This document shows, piece by piece, positions 18,522-29,012 of a stretch of 64,000 nt of DNA. Within the stretch, counting starts at the first letter, position 1. The number at the start of each line of letters is the position of its first letter. The stretch is taken from contig JBGOWI010000005.1 of assembly GCA_041478555.1 (NCBI GenBank), forward strand, positions 20,365-84,364, read 5' to 3'. This stretch comes from Phycisphaerae bacterium. GTDB taxonomy: Bacteria; Planctomycetota; Phycisphaerae; Sedimentisphaerales; UBA12454. Below the pieces are notes generated by a model. That model was not told where the DNA came from. It was given only the letters and a program-made list of their open reading frames with translations, and searched no databases. A program made the translations under genes and the position numbers.

Positions 18522-20264
18522 TTAAAGAGCTAATGGGTTGATATACACACCGAAATTGATGCGAAGCATTTGATTCAGAATCACATTTCTCTTTGTTCTT
18601 GGCGTAACATCGACGCAAATGACGTCGCCAGGCTTTATTTTCACGTTATAGCTTTTAGCCATGAATTTCCTGTCGATTCTGAAGACTGCAGAGACAACCT
18701 CGCCCTTTGCATCCTGCCTGTATACGGTTACGAATCTCGGGTCGGCTATAAGGTCAACGCCTCCTGCAAAACCCAGAGCCTGCATGAGATTGTACTCAAC
18801 ATCAGGCGGATACGGGAAAACGCCCGGCGCCTTTGCCAGTCCTATTACGGTGAAGACCACAGGATTGAGTCTTTTTACTTCGATAAGGTCTCCTTCCATC
18901 AGCGGCACGTCGGCGAACGGAATATTCAGCCCTTTTACCGGCAGAACAATACCTTCGACAACGGCAGCAGCGGTAGCTGTCGGAACCGGAGCCGGCTGAT
19001 AAGCAGTTTGTGCAGGTTCGATGAATTTAACATCATTAACGCTCTCGGCAGGTTTGAACTCAGCTTTGCTTTCGACCGGCGTTTCAATGTATTTTTGATT
19101 GTTTGCCTCAGCAGAATTGGTTGCCGCAGGACAGCCCGGACATTCTTCTTTCTTTTCAGCATCTTGGCTTTTAACGCCGCCTTGGTTTAAGTCATTTGCC
19201 GCTTCGAGAAGTTCCGTTTCCTCCCCGTTAAGCTGTTTTGTCTGGCTTGTCGTAATCGCAGACGAGGGAAACTGAGCGGCAAGCTGCTCAAGAGCCCGAC
19301 CGACTATATATGCCTGCTCGGCACCGATGACGTTCTGTAGTTCTTTTATATATTCAGCCCGTTCAGCCGGGTTTTTAATATTTATATTTTTACTGTAAAG
19401 TGTGTCAGGGCCGTGCTGAACAAGAAGAGTTCCTTGTGTTGGACTGGAATCTTCAGGTCTAAATACAAGGTCGACCTGGAGTGTGGAGGAGTCAGATTCA
19501 TTTCCCGGCGTATTTTTTACCTCCTCTTTCGGCGTTTCAGTATATTCTGTGTATTTTTCGTTGACGCCGGTATCAAGTTCGGCCAACTGTTTTATTTCGT
19601 CGGCTCCTTTTGCTGTCTGAGAACCAGTTGTATATTTTCGTTTGGGATTTTTGATTATGATGACGCTTGCTCCGTTTTCGACGATGCCGCCCGCCTTCAT
19701 CAAAGCGTTTACCAGCGACATTTCATTGCTTCGGAGCTTATAGACGCCCGGCTGTACAACGGCGCCAACTACCGTAATGTCTTTAAGGTAATATTCCTTG
19801 ACATTACATACGACGCTCGGTTGAGTGATGATGTACTTGGGATAGTATGCGCTGACTATTTCAGCTTCTATTTGAGCGAGAGTTTTGCCTTCAACTTTCA
19901 TTTCGCCGAGTATCGGCAGCGTGATTGTGCCTGTATCCGATACTCTGCACAGATACGGCTGGACCTGCTGTTGCTGGTATTGCAGGTCTTTATAGAGTTT
20001 CGGCGATACCGCTGTCAGTATCGTCGGCATTTGCAGCTCGAGCACGTCTCCTGCACCGACCGTGTAGACGCCGTAATTATCTTTGGCGCTGAGCAGCTGG
20101 TCGATATCGACCACAGGAGTGATAGGTCCGGCCAGTTCGAACGCTTCAATCTGCTGACTGCTCGACATCTTCGGTTCTTGGCAGCCGACAAGAAGAGCAG
20201 CCGCACAGACAAACGCAGCGGTCAGCAGACACAATCTGAATGCACCTTTTATTGTCGTCAACAT
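18522..20264 (-). CDS. wza: Polysaccharide export lipoprotein (Wza-like, Poly_export plus SLBB)
   Basis: Lipobox LLVGC, YTVGAGDVL, GTITLPILG, VVGAVVQPGVY; ATG at 20264 with RBS (alternative GTG at 20393). Confidence 0.82.
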   Translation of the reverse strand: MLTTIKGAFRLCLLTAAFVCAAALLVGCQEPKMSSSQQIEAFELAGPITPVVDIDQLLSAKDNYGVYTVGAGDVLELQMPTILTAVSPKLYKDLQYQQQQVQPYLCRVSDTGTITLPILGEMKVEGKTLAQIEAEIVSAYYPKYIITQPSVVCNVKEYYLKDITVVGAVVQPGVYKLRSNEMSLVNALMKAGGIVENGASVIIIKNPKRKYTTGSQTAKGADEIKQLAELDTGVNEKYTEYTETPKEEVKNTPGNESDSSTLQVDLVFRPEDSSPTQGTLLVQHGPDTLYSKNINIKNPAERAEYIKELQNVIGAEQAYIVGRALEQLAAQFPSSAITTSQTKQLNGEETELLEAANDLNQGGVKSQDAEKKEECPGCPAATNSAEANNQKYIETPVESKAEFKPAESVNDVKFIEPAQTAYQPAPVPTATAAAVVEGIVLPVKGLNIPFADVPLMEGDLIEVKRLNPVVFTVIGLAKAPGVFPYPPDVEYNLMQALGFAGGVDLIADPRFVTVYRQDAKGEVVSAVFRIDRKFMAKSYNVKIKPGDVICVDVTPRTKRNVILNQMLRINFGVYINPLAL

Positions 20265-21028
20265 TTTCACCTTGACCCTCCGAAAAGAAATAAAATCACC
20301 CTTATGGGGATTGATATTTTTCAGCCCCGAAAATTTGTCTTTCAATGACGCCCCACCAAGGCAGTTAAAAACACCTTTTTCGACGAAGTTCACTTTTTAA
20401 CACCTCTCAAATAAAGACCTTACGCCCTGTTCGCAAGATCGATAAATCAAAGCAGCAATGTAAAGCTGGATTTACCCAGCTTCTCACTTTTGCCTATTTT
20501 AACACATAGAGTCAAAAAAGTAAAGCAACTTACGTTGTTATAAGGTCTTATGGCAAAAAAATCGCAGGTTTCGCACCTCAAATCAGCAAATTATAGGACG
20601 GCCTTTAAATCTTTTTTTGTCGCAGATATTTAGCTCGCCGATTTATTTGGCGGGTTTCATTTGTAGGTTGGCCTTGCCGTCATTTATCCGCCTTCGGCGG
20701 ACTATGGCAGTTTATTTAGCCCACAGTTTTATCCGCTACTGTTTACCCGCCATCGGCGGGGCGGATTCACGGATGGTCATTTTTCGCGGGACAACTTTTT
20801 TATTTCATAATTTAATTAAGACGCCACACTATCCGCAGACAGTTTGAACTGCTTGGGTCCTTGTTTTTAGTACTGAAAAATGGGCAAAATTTTATCTTCT
20901 TGTCCGATAAACCTTAAAGTTTTTATCTCTAAAGGCCGAAAAATCCAATATAGGACTTTTCCTTTATGCGCTGAAACTATGGTTTTTAGTGCTAAAAAAC
21001 GCGTTTTGATTGAATAAGGGATTATCCG

Positions 21029-22327
21029 ATGAGAACGGTAGCGGTAATTAACCAGAAGGGTGGATGCGGTAAGACGACAGTTTCGATAAATCTTGCCAGC
21101 GCCTTGGCTGCGGAAAACAAAAAAACTCTCCTTATCGACATGGACCCGCAAGGCCATTGTGCTGTGGGTCTGGCTGTGCCGGAGGAGCAGATTGAACAGA
21201 GCGTTTATGATGTGCTGGTAAGTTCTCGCCGAGGCGAAACTGTAAAGTTCACTGAGATTCTGTGGGAAATCAGCGATAACTTCGAGCTTGCGCCGGCAAG
21301 CATCGACCTGGCTGCCTTCGAACAGCAGACTAATGGAATCGTCGACCGCGAAAACTGCCTCAAAGACATTCTCAAAACCGTTGAAAAAGACTATGACTAT
21401 GTCGTTATCGATTGTCCCCCCGCGGTGGGACTGCTGACGTTCAACGCCCTGCGGGCAGCTACCGATGTTATTGTTCCCGTTGAAACGGGCTACTTTTCAC
21501 TGCACGGCCTGAGCAAACAGCTCGATACGCTCAGCATCCTCTGCAAGCAGTGTTCCCAGCATATACACGTTATGGTGCTTGCCAGCATGTACGACATCCG
21601 AACAAAAATGGGCAGAGAAATACTGTCCGAACTTCGAAAACACTTCTCAGGCAGAATGTTTCAGACCGTCGTCAACTTCAATACCAAACTCAAGGAAGCA
21701 GCGAGCCTGGGACAGCCCATCTGTGAATACGACCCGGCAAGCAGAGGGCATAAGGACTTCCAGTACCTCGCACAGGAGCTGATAGCGAGCGATACAATGG
21801 TCGAAAAACAAATGGTAAGTTCGCTCCACAAAGCAGAACCGCAAATACCAGTTGTCCAGAAAGCCCAAATCAGGAAAGAAGTTGTCAAAAGCCTCGATGA
21901 CAAGCTTGAGTCAATCAGCTCGTCAGCACATGAACTGCTCGCAGGTCTTAGCGGGGGACCCCAGCCGAAACCAAAGGCACTCGTCGGGGCGGAGCCCGCC
22001 GCAGCCCGAAAAGCCGTGCAGGGGGATATCGACAGCAGGCTCAACGACTTCTACGGTACAAGGCAGTCCGGCGGTGCGGTTAAATTCGTTACGCTTTATC
22101 CGCGCGCCAAAAGCGTTCAGATTGCAGGAGATTTCAATAACTGGCAGCCGCACCAGACAGCCTTGAAACCCACACAGGACGGCAAATGGGAGCTTGCCCT
22201 GGCTCTTGCACCGGGCAAGTATCGTTACCGTATGGTGGTTGACGGCCAATGGCAGCAGGACCCGTACAACGAACAGACCGAACTAAATCCGTTCGGCGAA
22301 TTCAACTCCATCCTCGAAGTAAAATAG
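21029..22327 (+). CDS. ParA/Soj ATPase fused to a C-terminal CBM48/AMPK-beta-like glycogen-binding domain
   Basis: NQKGGCGKTT, DMDPQG, IDCPP; C-terminus VQIAGDFNNW..GKW..LAPGKYRYRMVVDGQWQQDP. Confidence 0.88.
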   Translation: MRTVAVINQKGGCGKTTVSINLASALAAENKKTLLIDMDPQGHCAVGLAVPEEQIEQSVYDVLVSSRRGETVKFTEILWEISDNFELAPASIDLAAFEQQTNGIVDRENCLKDILKTVEKDYDYVVIDCPPAVGLLTFNALRAATDVIVPVETGYFSLHGLSKQLDTLSILCKQCSQHIHVMVLASMYDIRTKMGREILSELRKHFSGRMFQTVVNFNTKLKEAASLGQPICEYDPASRGHKDFQYLAQELIASDTMVEKQMVSSLHKAEPQIPVVQKAQIRKEVVKSLDDKLESISSSAHELLAGLSGGPQPKPKALVGAEPAAARKAVQGDIDSRLNDFYGTRQSGGAVKFVTLYPRAKSVQIAGDFNNWQPHQTALKPTQDGKWELALALAPGKYRYRMVVDGQWQQDPYNEQTELNPFGEFNSILEVK

Positions 22328-22411
22328 TCGCGGGTCGCTGGTATTTAGTTCCTTCGCCGTTGTTTAATAAACCGAATACCAAATGCTAAATACCAACGAC
22401 TAATTTTGAAT

Positions 22412-22951
22412 TTATTCAAAATTAAGTACTGCAAATTCGCCCCGATATTTCTTTGCCGCCTCATCGTAAGCCTTTGCCGCTTCTATTTCATCGTCAAAAT
22501 AGCCCAGATGTATTTTACGTCCCTTATGTGGCAGGCGGGCGCACCATTTATTATGTTCTTTGTGCCGGCAAACTCCTTTATATTTTGACGTGCCTTCGTT
22601 AAATCCCTGCTCGTTGTTCCAGTTGTTCTCTTGGGTGGTAACGATTCGCAGATTCACCCTGCGGTTATCTAATCCGTTGCGGTTTTTATGGTCGATGAAT
22701 CGGCCTTCCGGCGGCGGCATAATATACCGGTGCATAAACATAATCTTCCTGCCGCCATTTCGCCCTGCATAAAAAGCGCCTCTATGGTTGATGGCGTACC
22801 ATTTGTATTTGCTCAGCCGCTCGAAATCTTCCACATCTACTATTGCATATTTTCCCTGCGTCAGTTTAATGACTCTGAATGTAAAACCGTATTGCCTCCT
22901 GCGGTGCCAAAGCGCGATTTTGACTAATAGTTTTTCTATTGCCGCAGGCAC
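22412..22951 (-). CDS. HNH endonuclease / AP2 domain protein
   Basis: MHRYIM..IDHKNRNGLDNRRVNLR (HNH_3-like); SKYKGV..KWCA..HLGYF..EAAKAYD (AP2); start uncertain. Confidence 0.88.
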   Translation of the reverse strand: MPAAIEKLLVKIALWHRRRQYGFTFRVIKLTQGKYAIVDVEDFERLSKYKWYAINHRGAFYAGRNGGRKIMFMHRYIMPPPEGRFIDHKNRNGLDNRRVNLRIVTTQENNWNNEQGFNEGTSKYKGVCRHKEHNKWCARLPHKGRKIHLGYFDDEIEAAKAYDEAAKKYRGEFAVLNFE

Positions 22952-23234
22952 GTGAACCTTGATGGAAAAATTTAGATAAATTGAATCGTTTCCTGTGTTA
23001 AGAAAATCGAAAATTCATCCGCCCTTGGCGGATTCTTCAAATTTTCAATTTTAAATTTTCAATCTTCAATTTATATGTCCCTCCGTATTACCCAAAAACT
23101 TGCGCATTTTTATCGAATTTTCGTCAAAAATTTTGGAGGCCGAGTTTATAAGTGCTTGCCGGCTCTGGAGAAAAAATTTTTGATTTTTTCAAAGCGCGCA
23201 AGTTTTTTCTTGCGCGCCTGGTTGAAAAACCTTG

Positions 23235-23289
23235 TCCGCCGTAGCTGGTTCCTACGTAGCCTTTGGCGAAGTAGAATAGCAAAGGCGGA
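23235..23289. repeat. Nested palindromes of the CCGYCGTAGC...GCRAAG family
   Basis: Outer tccgccgtagct...tagcaaaggcgga encloses ctacgtagcctttggcgaagtag; related copy at 45568-45601 (reverse). Confidence 0.65.
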
Positions 23290-23411
23290 TTGCGCATTTT
23301 TGCGAGCCTTTTCAATATCAAAGTCTGATGTTATTTTCGACTACGTTATGACGATGGCCGAAATACCGCATTAAAACCATTAAAAACAGGCAATTGCATG
23401 ACAAATTTGTC

Positions 23412-23439
23412 TTGATTTTTCAAAATATAAAGATATAAT
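23412..23439 (+). promoter_or_regulatory. Possible sigma70 promoter of the ELWxxDGT gene
   Basis: TTGATT-16 bp-TATAAT. Confidence 0.45.
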
Positions 23440-23487
23440 GAATGGTTCAAAAAGATTTATATAATCCGCATTCAGGAGGACTTAGAA

Positions 23488-25326
23488 ATGAAGAAGAATC
23501 TCATACTGACCATATTAGTGCTGTTATTGTCTATCGCCATCGCTGCACTGGCCGGTGAACCATTCATGCTGAAGGATATTTATCCGGCATCGGCAAGCTC
23601 AAATCCTCAGTACCTGACGAATGTGAACGGCACATTATTTTTCCAGGCTGGCGACGGCACAAACGGCACTGAACTATGGAAAAGCGACGGCACCTTCGCT
23701 GGCACTGTAATAGTAAAGGATATAAATCCGGGGGCAGGACACTCAAACCCTTGGTACCTGACGAATGTCAACGGCACATTATTTTTCATGGCCAACAACG
23801 GCACAAACGGCTATGAGTTATGGAAAAGCGATGGCACCGCGGCCGGAACGGTTATGGTAAAGGATATATATCCGGGCTCGTCTGGCTCATACCCTGATTC
23901 CCTGACGAATGTGAATGGCACAGTATTTTTCAGGGCCGACGACGGCACAAACGGCTCTGAGTTATGGAAAAGCGACGGCACATCGGAAGGCACAGTAATG
24001 GTAAAGGATATAAACCCAGGTGCGGGAAGCTCATATCCTGCGTACCTGACGAATGTCAACGGCACATTATTTTTCATGGCCGACAATGGCACAAACGGCT
24101 ATGAACTATGGAAAAGCGACGGCACCCTGGCCGGCACTGTATTAGTAAAGGACATAAATCCGGGAACAGGAAACTCATACCCTGCAATACTGACGAATGT
24201 CAACGGCACATTATTTTTCTCGGCCGACGACGGCACAAACGGCACTGAACTTTGGAAAAGCGACGGCACTGAGGCCGGAACTGTTATGGTAAAGAATATT
24301 AATCCATCAACAGACTCATATCCTATGTACCTGACGAATGTGAACGGCACCCTGTTTTTCGAGGCCATCGACGGCACACACGGCTTCGAACTGTGGAAAA
24401 GCGACGGCACTCCGGCTGGCACTATTATGGTAATGGATATATATCCGGGAGCGCTGGGTTCAAACCCTCAGTACCTGACAAATGTCAACGGCACCCTGTT
24501 TTTCGCCGCCTACAATGGCACTAACGACTATGAACTATGGAAATGTGACGGCTCACCCACAGGAACCGTAATGTTGGTTAAGGATATATATCCGGGCCCC
24601 ACAGGCTCATATCTTGATAACCTGACAAATGTGAACGGCACCCTGTTTTTCAGGGCCAACGATGGCACAAACGGTCATGAATTATGGAAAAGCGACGGCA
24701 CTTCGGCCGGCACCGTTATGATAATGGATATATATCCGGGGGCAAATGCCTCAGGCCCTCAATACCTGACAAATATAAATAACCTGCTTTTTTTCACAGC
24801 CACCGACGGCATATACGGCTATGAGTTATGGATGTATTTATTGAACGACGAATGTCAGGCCAGTCTGAAGGTTGAGACGGGCAGCATTTACTATGGTTCA
24901 AATTTTGGCGCGGAAGGAACTGATTTGACAAGCTGTGCTTTTAATGACTACGCGGATGTCTGGTATTCTTACCAGCCGCAGATGGCCGGCGAATATACTA
25001 TCACCGCTGGCAGCGATGAATTTGATACGACTCTTGCCCTCTTTAATGCCTGCAACGGCAGCGAGCTCGCCTGTAATGACGATTACTATATGACTACCGA
25101 TTCTCAGCTCAGCTACAATATGATAAAGGGCAAACTCTACTACATCCGTGTCGCCGGCTACGATGGTCAGATGGGAAATTATCAGTTGTCTGTTACTGCC
25201 GGCTCCTGTGCAGAATGGGCGTCAAGCGACCTTAATGGCGATTGCGTTGTGGATATGCAGGACTTTGCCATAATGGCCTCTGAATGGCTGACCTGCCATA
25301 AAATCCCTGCAGAACTATGCCAGTAA
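23488..25326 (+). CDS. Secreted ELWxxDGT repeat protein with PPC-like and dockerin-like C-terminal domains
   Basis: Signal peptide, nine repeats of about 48 aa (LTNVNGTLFF..ELWKSDGT), DVWY..FDT.L..ACNDD..YYIRVAG, SDLNGDCVVDMQDFAIMASEWL. Confidence 0.9.
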   Translation: MKKNLILTILVLLLSIAIAALAGEPFMLKDIYPASASSNPQYLTNVNGTLFFQAGDGTNGTELWKSDGTFAGTVIVKDINPGAGHSNPWYLTNVNGTLFFMANNGTNGYELWKSDGTAAGTVMVKDIYPGSSGSYPDSLTNVNGTVFFRADDGTNGSELWKSDGTSEGTVMVKDINPGAGSSYPAYLTNVNGTLFFMADNGTNGYELWKSDGTLAGTVLVKDINPGTGNSYPAILTNVNGTLFFSADDGTNGTELWKSDGTEAGTVMVKNINPSTDSYPMYLTNVNGTLFFEAIDGTHGFELWKSDGTPAGTIMVMDIYPGALGSNPQYLTNVNGTLFFAAYNGTNDYELWKCDGSPTGTVMLVKDIYPGPTGSYLDNLTNVNGTLFFRANDGTNGHELWKSDGTSAGTVMIMDIYPGANASGPQYLTNINNLLFFTATDGIYGYELWMYLLNDECQASLKVETGSIYYGSNFGAEGTDLTSCAFNDYADVWYSYQPQMAGEYTITAGSDEFDTTLALFNACNGSELACNDDYYMTTDSQLSYNMIKGKLYYIRVAGYDGQMGNYQLSVTAGSCAEWASSDLNGDCVVDMQDFAIMASEWLTCHKIPAELCQ

Positions 25327-25437
25327 TAAGGCAATCTACTAAGCTCGTCCAGACTATTTATACGAGAGAAATTGGGGACAGTGGGGCAGTTGCAAGAACA
25401 TTCGCGCCGCGGCGTTCCGCAAATCTTATATCCTTGC

Positions 25438-25510
25438 CCCGTGAGATGTTTACCCCGTGGGATGTGAAACTATCCCATCGGGGCCGCTTCGGCTATCTCA
25501 TCGGGGTTCA
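25438..25510. repeat. Nested CCCGTGRGAT...ATCYCATCGGG inverted-repeat elements
   Basis: Outer cccgtgagat..atctcatcggg encloses gtttac-cccgtgggat-gtgaaact-atcccatcggg. Confidence 0.6.
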
Positions 25511-25811
25511 ATCTTAAATCTTAAATTAAAAAGCCCTGCCCGCCCCGGCGTATCGCGGCGTAGCCTTGCATAGTCGGATTCAATGTTCAAAGTTCAATGT
25601 TGAATGTTGGATGTTCAATACGTGCGCGTTCCTTTAGTTTTTGAAAAAGCTCAATGATTGCTGATTGATTATTGGTGATTTGAATTTATTTGGTGATTGT
25701 ATCTTGGTTATTGGTTATTTTTTTGTATTCATAATCGTATGACGTTTCTACGATAGACGAAACGAGTAGCACAGCCGGTGGACGAAATATGCGACCAAAA
25801 CTTGGTGCCTT

Positions 25812-25836
25812 AGACTTCGGCGAGCTCAGTCGAGCC
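25812..25836. repeat. GACTTCGGCGAGCTCAGTCGA palindrome family, intergenic copy
   Basis: 24/25 identical to reverse complement of 56728-56752; related copy at 40985-41008. Confidence 0.85.
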
Positions 25837-25850
25837 GTGTCTTCGTGGCT

Positions 25851-28391
25851 TTATGTTGTTTCCGGTGGGGCGGGTGCTTCTTTTGCCGGACCGGCGGGAA
25901 CAGGGGCAGGGGCAGGTTCGGCCTTGGGTCTTTCCTCGCTTAAGCCTTCGAACTTTAAATGTTCTTCGTCCTGAACATCAATCTTGATGAGATTTTTGCC
26001 TTTGAATTGGCCGCGAAGTATATTTTCGCTAAGCGGGTCTTCGATATATCGTTCTATTGCTCGGCGTAAGGGACGTGCGCCGAATTCGGTGCTGTAGCCT
26101 TTCTCGATTAGAAAGTCTTTCGTTGTGTTGGCAACTTCAAGACGATAGCCCTGCTTTATAAGACGCTTAAAGACCTTGTTAAGCTCATATTCGACTATGG
26201 TAGTCAAATCATCTCTTGTAAGTGCATGGAAGACTATCACGTCGTCGAGACGGTTGAGGAATTCCGGCCGGAAATGGCGGTCCACTTCTTTTTGGAGCAT
26301 TTCCTTCATTTTTTCATAGGTTGCTTCAGCGGTGCGTTTGCCGAATCCGAAGCCGGCCTGATTTCTGATTAAATCGGCTCCGATATTACTCGTCATAATA
26401 AGGATAACATTTTTGAAATCGACATGTCTGCCGAAACTGTCGGTCAGTCTGCCTTCTTCCATAATCTGCAGCAGCATATTGTAAACGTCAGGATGGGCCT
26501 TTTCGATTTCATCGAGCAGCAGCACCGCATAAGGTCTGCGTCTGATTCGCTCGGTAAGTTGCCCGCCTTCCTCGTAACCGACATAGCCGGGCGGTGCTCC
26601 GACGAGGCGGCTGACGTTGTGCTTTTCCATATACTCGCTCATATCTATCTGGACGAGGGCGTCTTCGTTGCCGAACATAAATTCGGCGAGTGCACGGGCG
26701 AGAAGGGTTTTGCCTACGCCGCTTGGGCCGATGAATATGAATGAGCCCATCGGACGATTTGGGTCCTTTAATCCACTTCGACTCCTGCGGACGGATTTAG
26801 CGACTGCAGCGACAGCCTCGTTCTGACTGACAATCTTCTTGTGCAACTCGGCTTCCAGCTCCAAGAGCCGCTCGGCTTCGTGCTTCTCAAGCCTTGTCAA
26901 AGGAATGCCGGTCATCTTGCTGACGACCTCGGCGATGGTTTCGGCGTCCACCGTGCCGGCAGTCTCCTTGTTCTGGTCATACCACTGGCGCTGGATTTCC
27001 GCCTTTTTGTCCAGAAGCTTCTGACATTCGTCGCGCAAGGCAGCGGCCCGTTCGTAATCGGCGTTTTTGACCGCCTCGTCCTTTTCTATCTGCAGCTTAT
27101 CAATCTGCTGCTCTATATCGGCCAGGTCCGGAGAGGTTGTCGTATTCTTGAGGCGGACAGACGCACCGGCTTCGTCCATAACATCTATGGCCTTGTCCGG
27201 CAGACAACGGCCGGTGATGTATCTGCTTGAAAGCTCAACGGCCTGATACAACGCCTCGTCAGTGAAACTTACACGATGATGTGCTTCATAACGGTCGCGA
27301 AGGCCTTTGAGTATGTCGAAAGTTTCGTCCTTAGTCGGAGGCTCGACAACAATAGTCTGAAACCTTCGTTCGAGAGCGGCGTCTTTTTCGACATATTTTC
27401 GATATTCGTCAAATGTCGTTGCACCGATACACTGCACTTCGCCTCGTGAAAGAGCAGGCTTTAAGACATTCGAGGCGTCAATTGCGCCTTCAGCGCCGCC
27501 TGCGCCGACGAGCGTGTGCAGCTCATCGATAAAGAGCATGACGTTTCTGGCACGTTTTACCTCGTTAATGACGGCCTTTATACGCTCCTCGAACTGGCCT
27601 CGATATTTTGTGCCGGCAACCATCAGGGCAAGGTCGAGAGAAACTATTCTTTTTTCGCGAAGAATTTCGGGGGCCTTTTTGTCAGCGATTCGCTGGGCGA
27701 GACCTTCAACGATAGCCGTTTTGCCGACACCCGCTTCGCCGATGAGCACAGGATTGTTCTTTGTTCTTCTGCAAAGAATCTGAATGAGGCGTTCAATTTC
27801 GGTTTTGCGGCCGATGACGGGGTCAAGCTCACCGTCGGCGGCAAGCAGGGTCAGGTCACGGCCGAAACTGTCGAGGGCCGGCGTGCGACTTTTCTGCTTT
27901 GCGGCTGCGGCCGGGTCCATCTTCATACCGAGAGATGGAATGCCATTTTCAACACCTGCACCGAGCAGATTCAAGACCTCCTGACGAACGTCTTCAAGCT
28001 TGAGGCCGATGTTCATCAGCACCTGAGCGGCAATGCCTTCGGTTTCACGAAGAAGACCAAGAAGGATATGCTCTGTGCCGATGTAATTGTGGTTGAGAGC
28101 GCGCGCTTCCTCGATAGCAAATTCAATGACCTTTTTCGCTCTGGGCGTATGAGGCAATTTGCCCATCGTTACCATATCTGGGCCGCTCTTGACGAGCTTC
28201 TCAACTTCGAGACGCAGTTTCTTGATGTCCACGTCGAGATTCTTCAATACATTGGCACCAACGCCTGAACCTTCCTTGACGAGGCCGAGCAGAATGTGCT
28301 CGGTGCCGATATATTCGTGGTTGAAGCGCTGAGCTTCCTGATTGGCCAGGGCCATTATCTTTCTGGCTCTATCGGTGAAACGCTCAAACAT
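25851..28391 (-). CDS. clpC: ATP-dependent Clp protease ATPase subunit ClpC
   Basis: [10 protein letters not shown] Clp_N repeats, GEAGVGKT and [11 protein letters not shown]-type middle domain, GARPLRR. Confidence 0.96.
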   Translation of the reverse strand: MFERFTDRARKIMALANQEAQRFNHEYIGTEHILLGLVKEGSGVGANVLKNLDVDIKKLRLEVEKLVKSGPDMVTMGKLPHTPRAKKVIEFAIEEARALNHNYIGTEHILLGLLRETEGIAAQVLMNIGLKLEDVRQEVLNLLGAGVENGIPSLGMKMDPAAAAKQKSRTPALDSFGRDLTLLAADGELDPVIGRKTEIERLIQILCRRTKNNPVLIGEAGVGKTAIVEGLAQRIADKKAPEILREKRIVSLDLALMVAGTKYRGQFEERIKAVINEVKRARNVMLFIDELHTLVGAGGAEGAIDASNVLKPALSRGEVQCIGATTFDEYRKYVEKDAALERRFQTIVVEPPTKDETFDILKGLRDRYEAHHRVSFTDEALYQAVELSSRYITGRCLPDKAIDVMDEAGASVRLKNTTTSPDLADIEQQIDKLQIEKDEAVKNADYERAAALRDECQKLLDKKAEIQRQWYDQNKETAGTVDAETIAEVVSKMTGIPLTRLEKHEAERLLELEAELHKKIVSQNEAVAAVAKSVRRSRSGLKDPNRPMGSFIFIGPSGVGKTLLARALAEFMFGNEDALVQIDMSEYMEKHNVSRLVGAPPGYVGYEEGGQLTERIRRRPYAVLLLDEIEKAHPDVYNMLLQIMEEGRLTDSFGRHVDFKNVILIMTSNIGADLIRNQAGFGFGKRTAEATYEKMKEMLQKEVDRHFRPEFLNRLDDVIVFHALTRDDLTTIVEYELNKVFKRLIKQGYRLEVANTTKDFLIEKGYSTEFGARPLRRAIERYIEDPLSENILRGQFKGKNLIKIDVQDEEHLKFEGLSEERPKAEPAPAPVPAGPAKEAPAPPETT

Positions 28392-28904
28392 AAATACCTC
28401 TTATACTTATATCAAAAATCAAAGTGCAAAAATAAAAATGACAAATCAAAAATAAAAAATAAGATGTCAGACGTCAGATTTCAGATGGGCATATTTCTTA
28501 TTTTATCTTGCCAAAGACCTTTTATCAAGGGTAGTTCCATAGAATACGTTTCTATCTTTATTTATATGCTCTGCCCTGAATATTGTTCATATCCGCCAGT
28601 CCGCCCCGCCGAAGACGGGTAAAGCGGACAAGTTATAGGGCGTAAAACCGACTCTGCAAGACGTCTATCGGCTTTTATCGTCAAGAAATGAGGGTAACTT
28701 TATAGCCACAAAGGCACTAAGACACAAAGTGTAGGGTTTAGTTTTGAGTTGTGGAGCCGCAAAAGGCAGAAATTTTTGGGCAAAAAGAAGTTTTGACAAA
28801 AAGGTTCGGCTGGTGGAAAATAAAAGAGATAGAATTTTGATATAAAAAGAATACAGTCATAGGGACTCCTTACGGAGAATTCAGTAGACAGGAAAGGATA
28901 ATGT

Positions 28905-29012
28905 ATGGCTAAAAGTCGTGATGCCAGAAGAGATGTAAAGAAGAAAGCACAAAGAACGTTAAAAGAGAAACGGCTTGCGAAGAGAATGAAGAAAGAAGGT
29001 TTCTCCGCATAA
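28905..29012 (+). CDS. Small Lys/Arg-rich protein (35 aa), below the ORF-track cutoff
   Basis: MAKSRDARRDVKKKAQRTLKEKRLAKRMKKEGFSA; RBS AGGAAAGGA upstream. Confidence 0.7.
   Translation: MAKSRDARRDVKKKAQRTLKEKRLAKRMKKEGFSA

Noticed and set aside
19413-20348. Long antisense ORFs (also 27516-28268, 32549-33286, 46177-46959)
   Set aside because: Shadows of well-supported genes on the opposite strand, with no motifs
23075-23374. 99-aa ORF upstream of the ELWxxDGT gene
   Set aside because: Runs through nested palindromes and promoter DNA, with no RBS or protein-like features
23560-24835. Regularly spaced DNA repeats suggesting a CRISPR array or DGR
   Set aside because: The 144-nt period is the protein repeat of one intact ORF; no cas or reverse transcriptase gene is present
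25851-25930. Pro/Ala-rich ClpC tail as a repeat insertion
   Set aside because: Low-complexity tail with no matching copy elsewhere in the window
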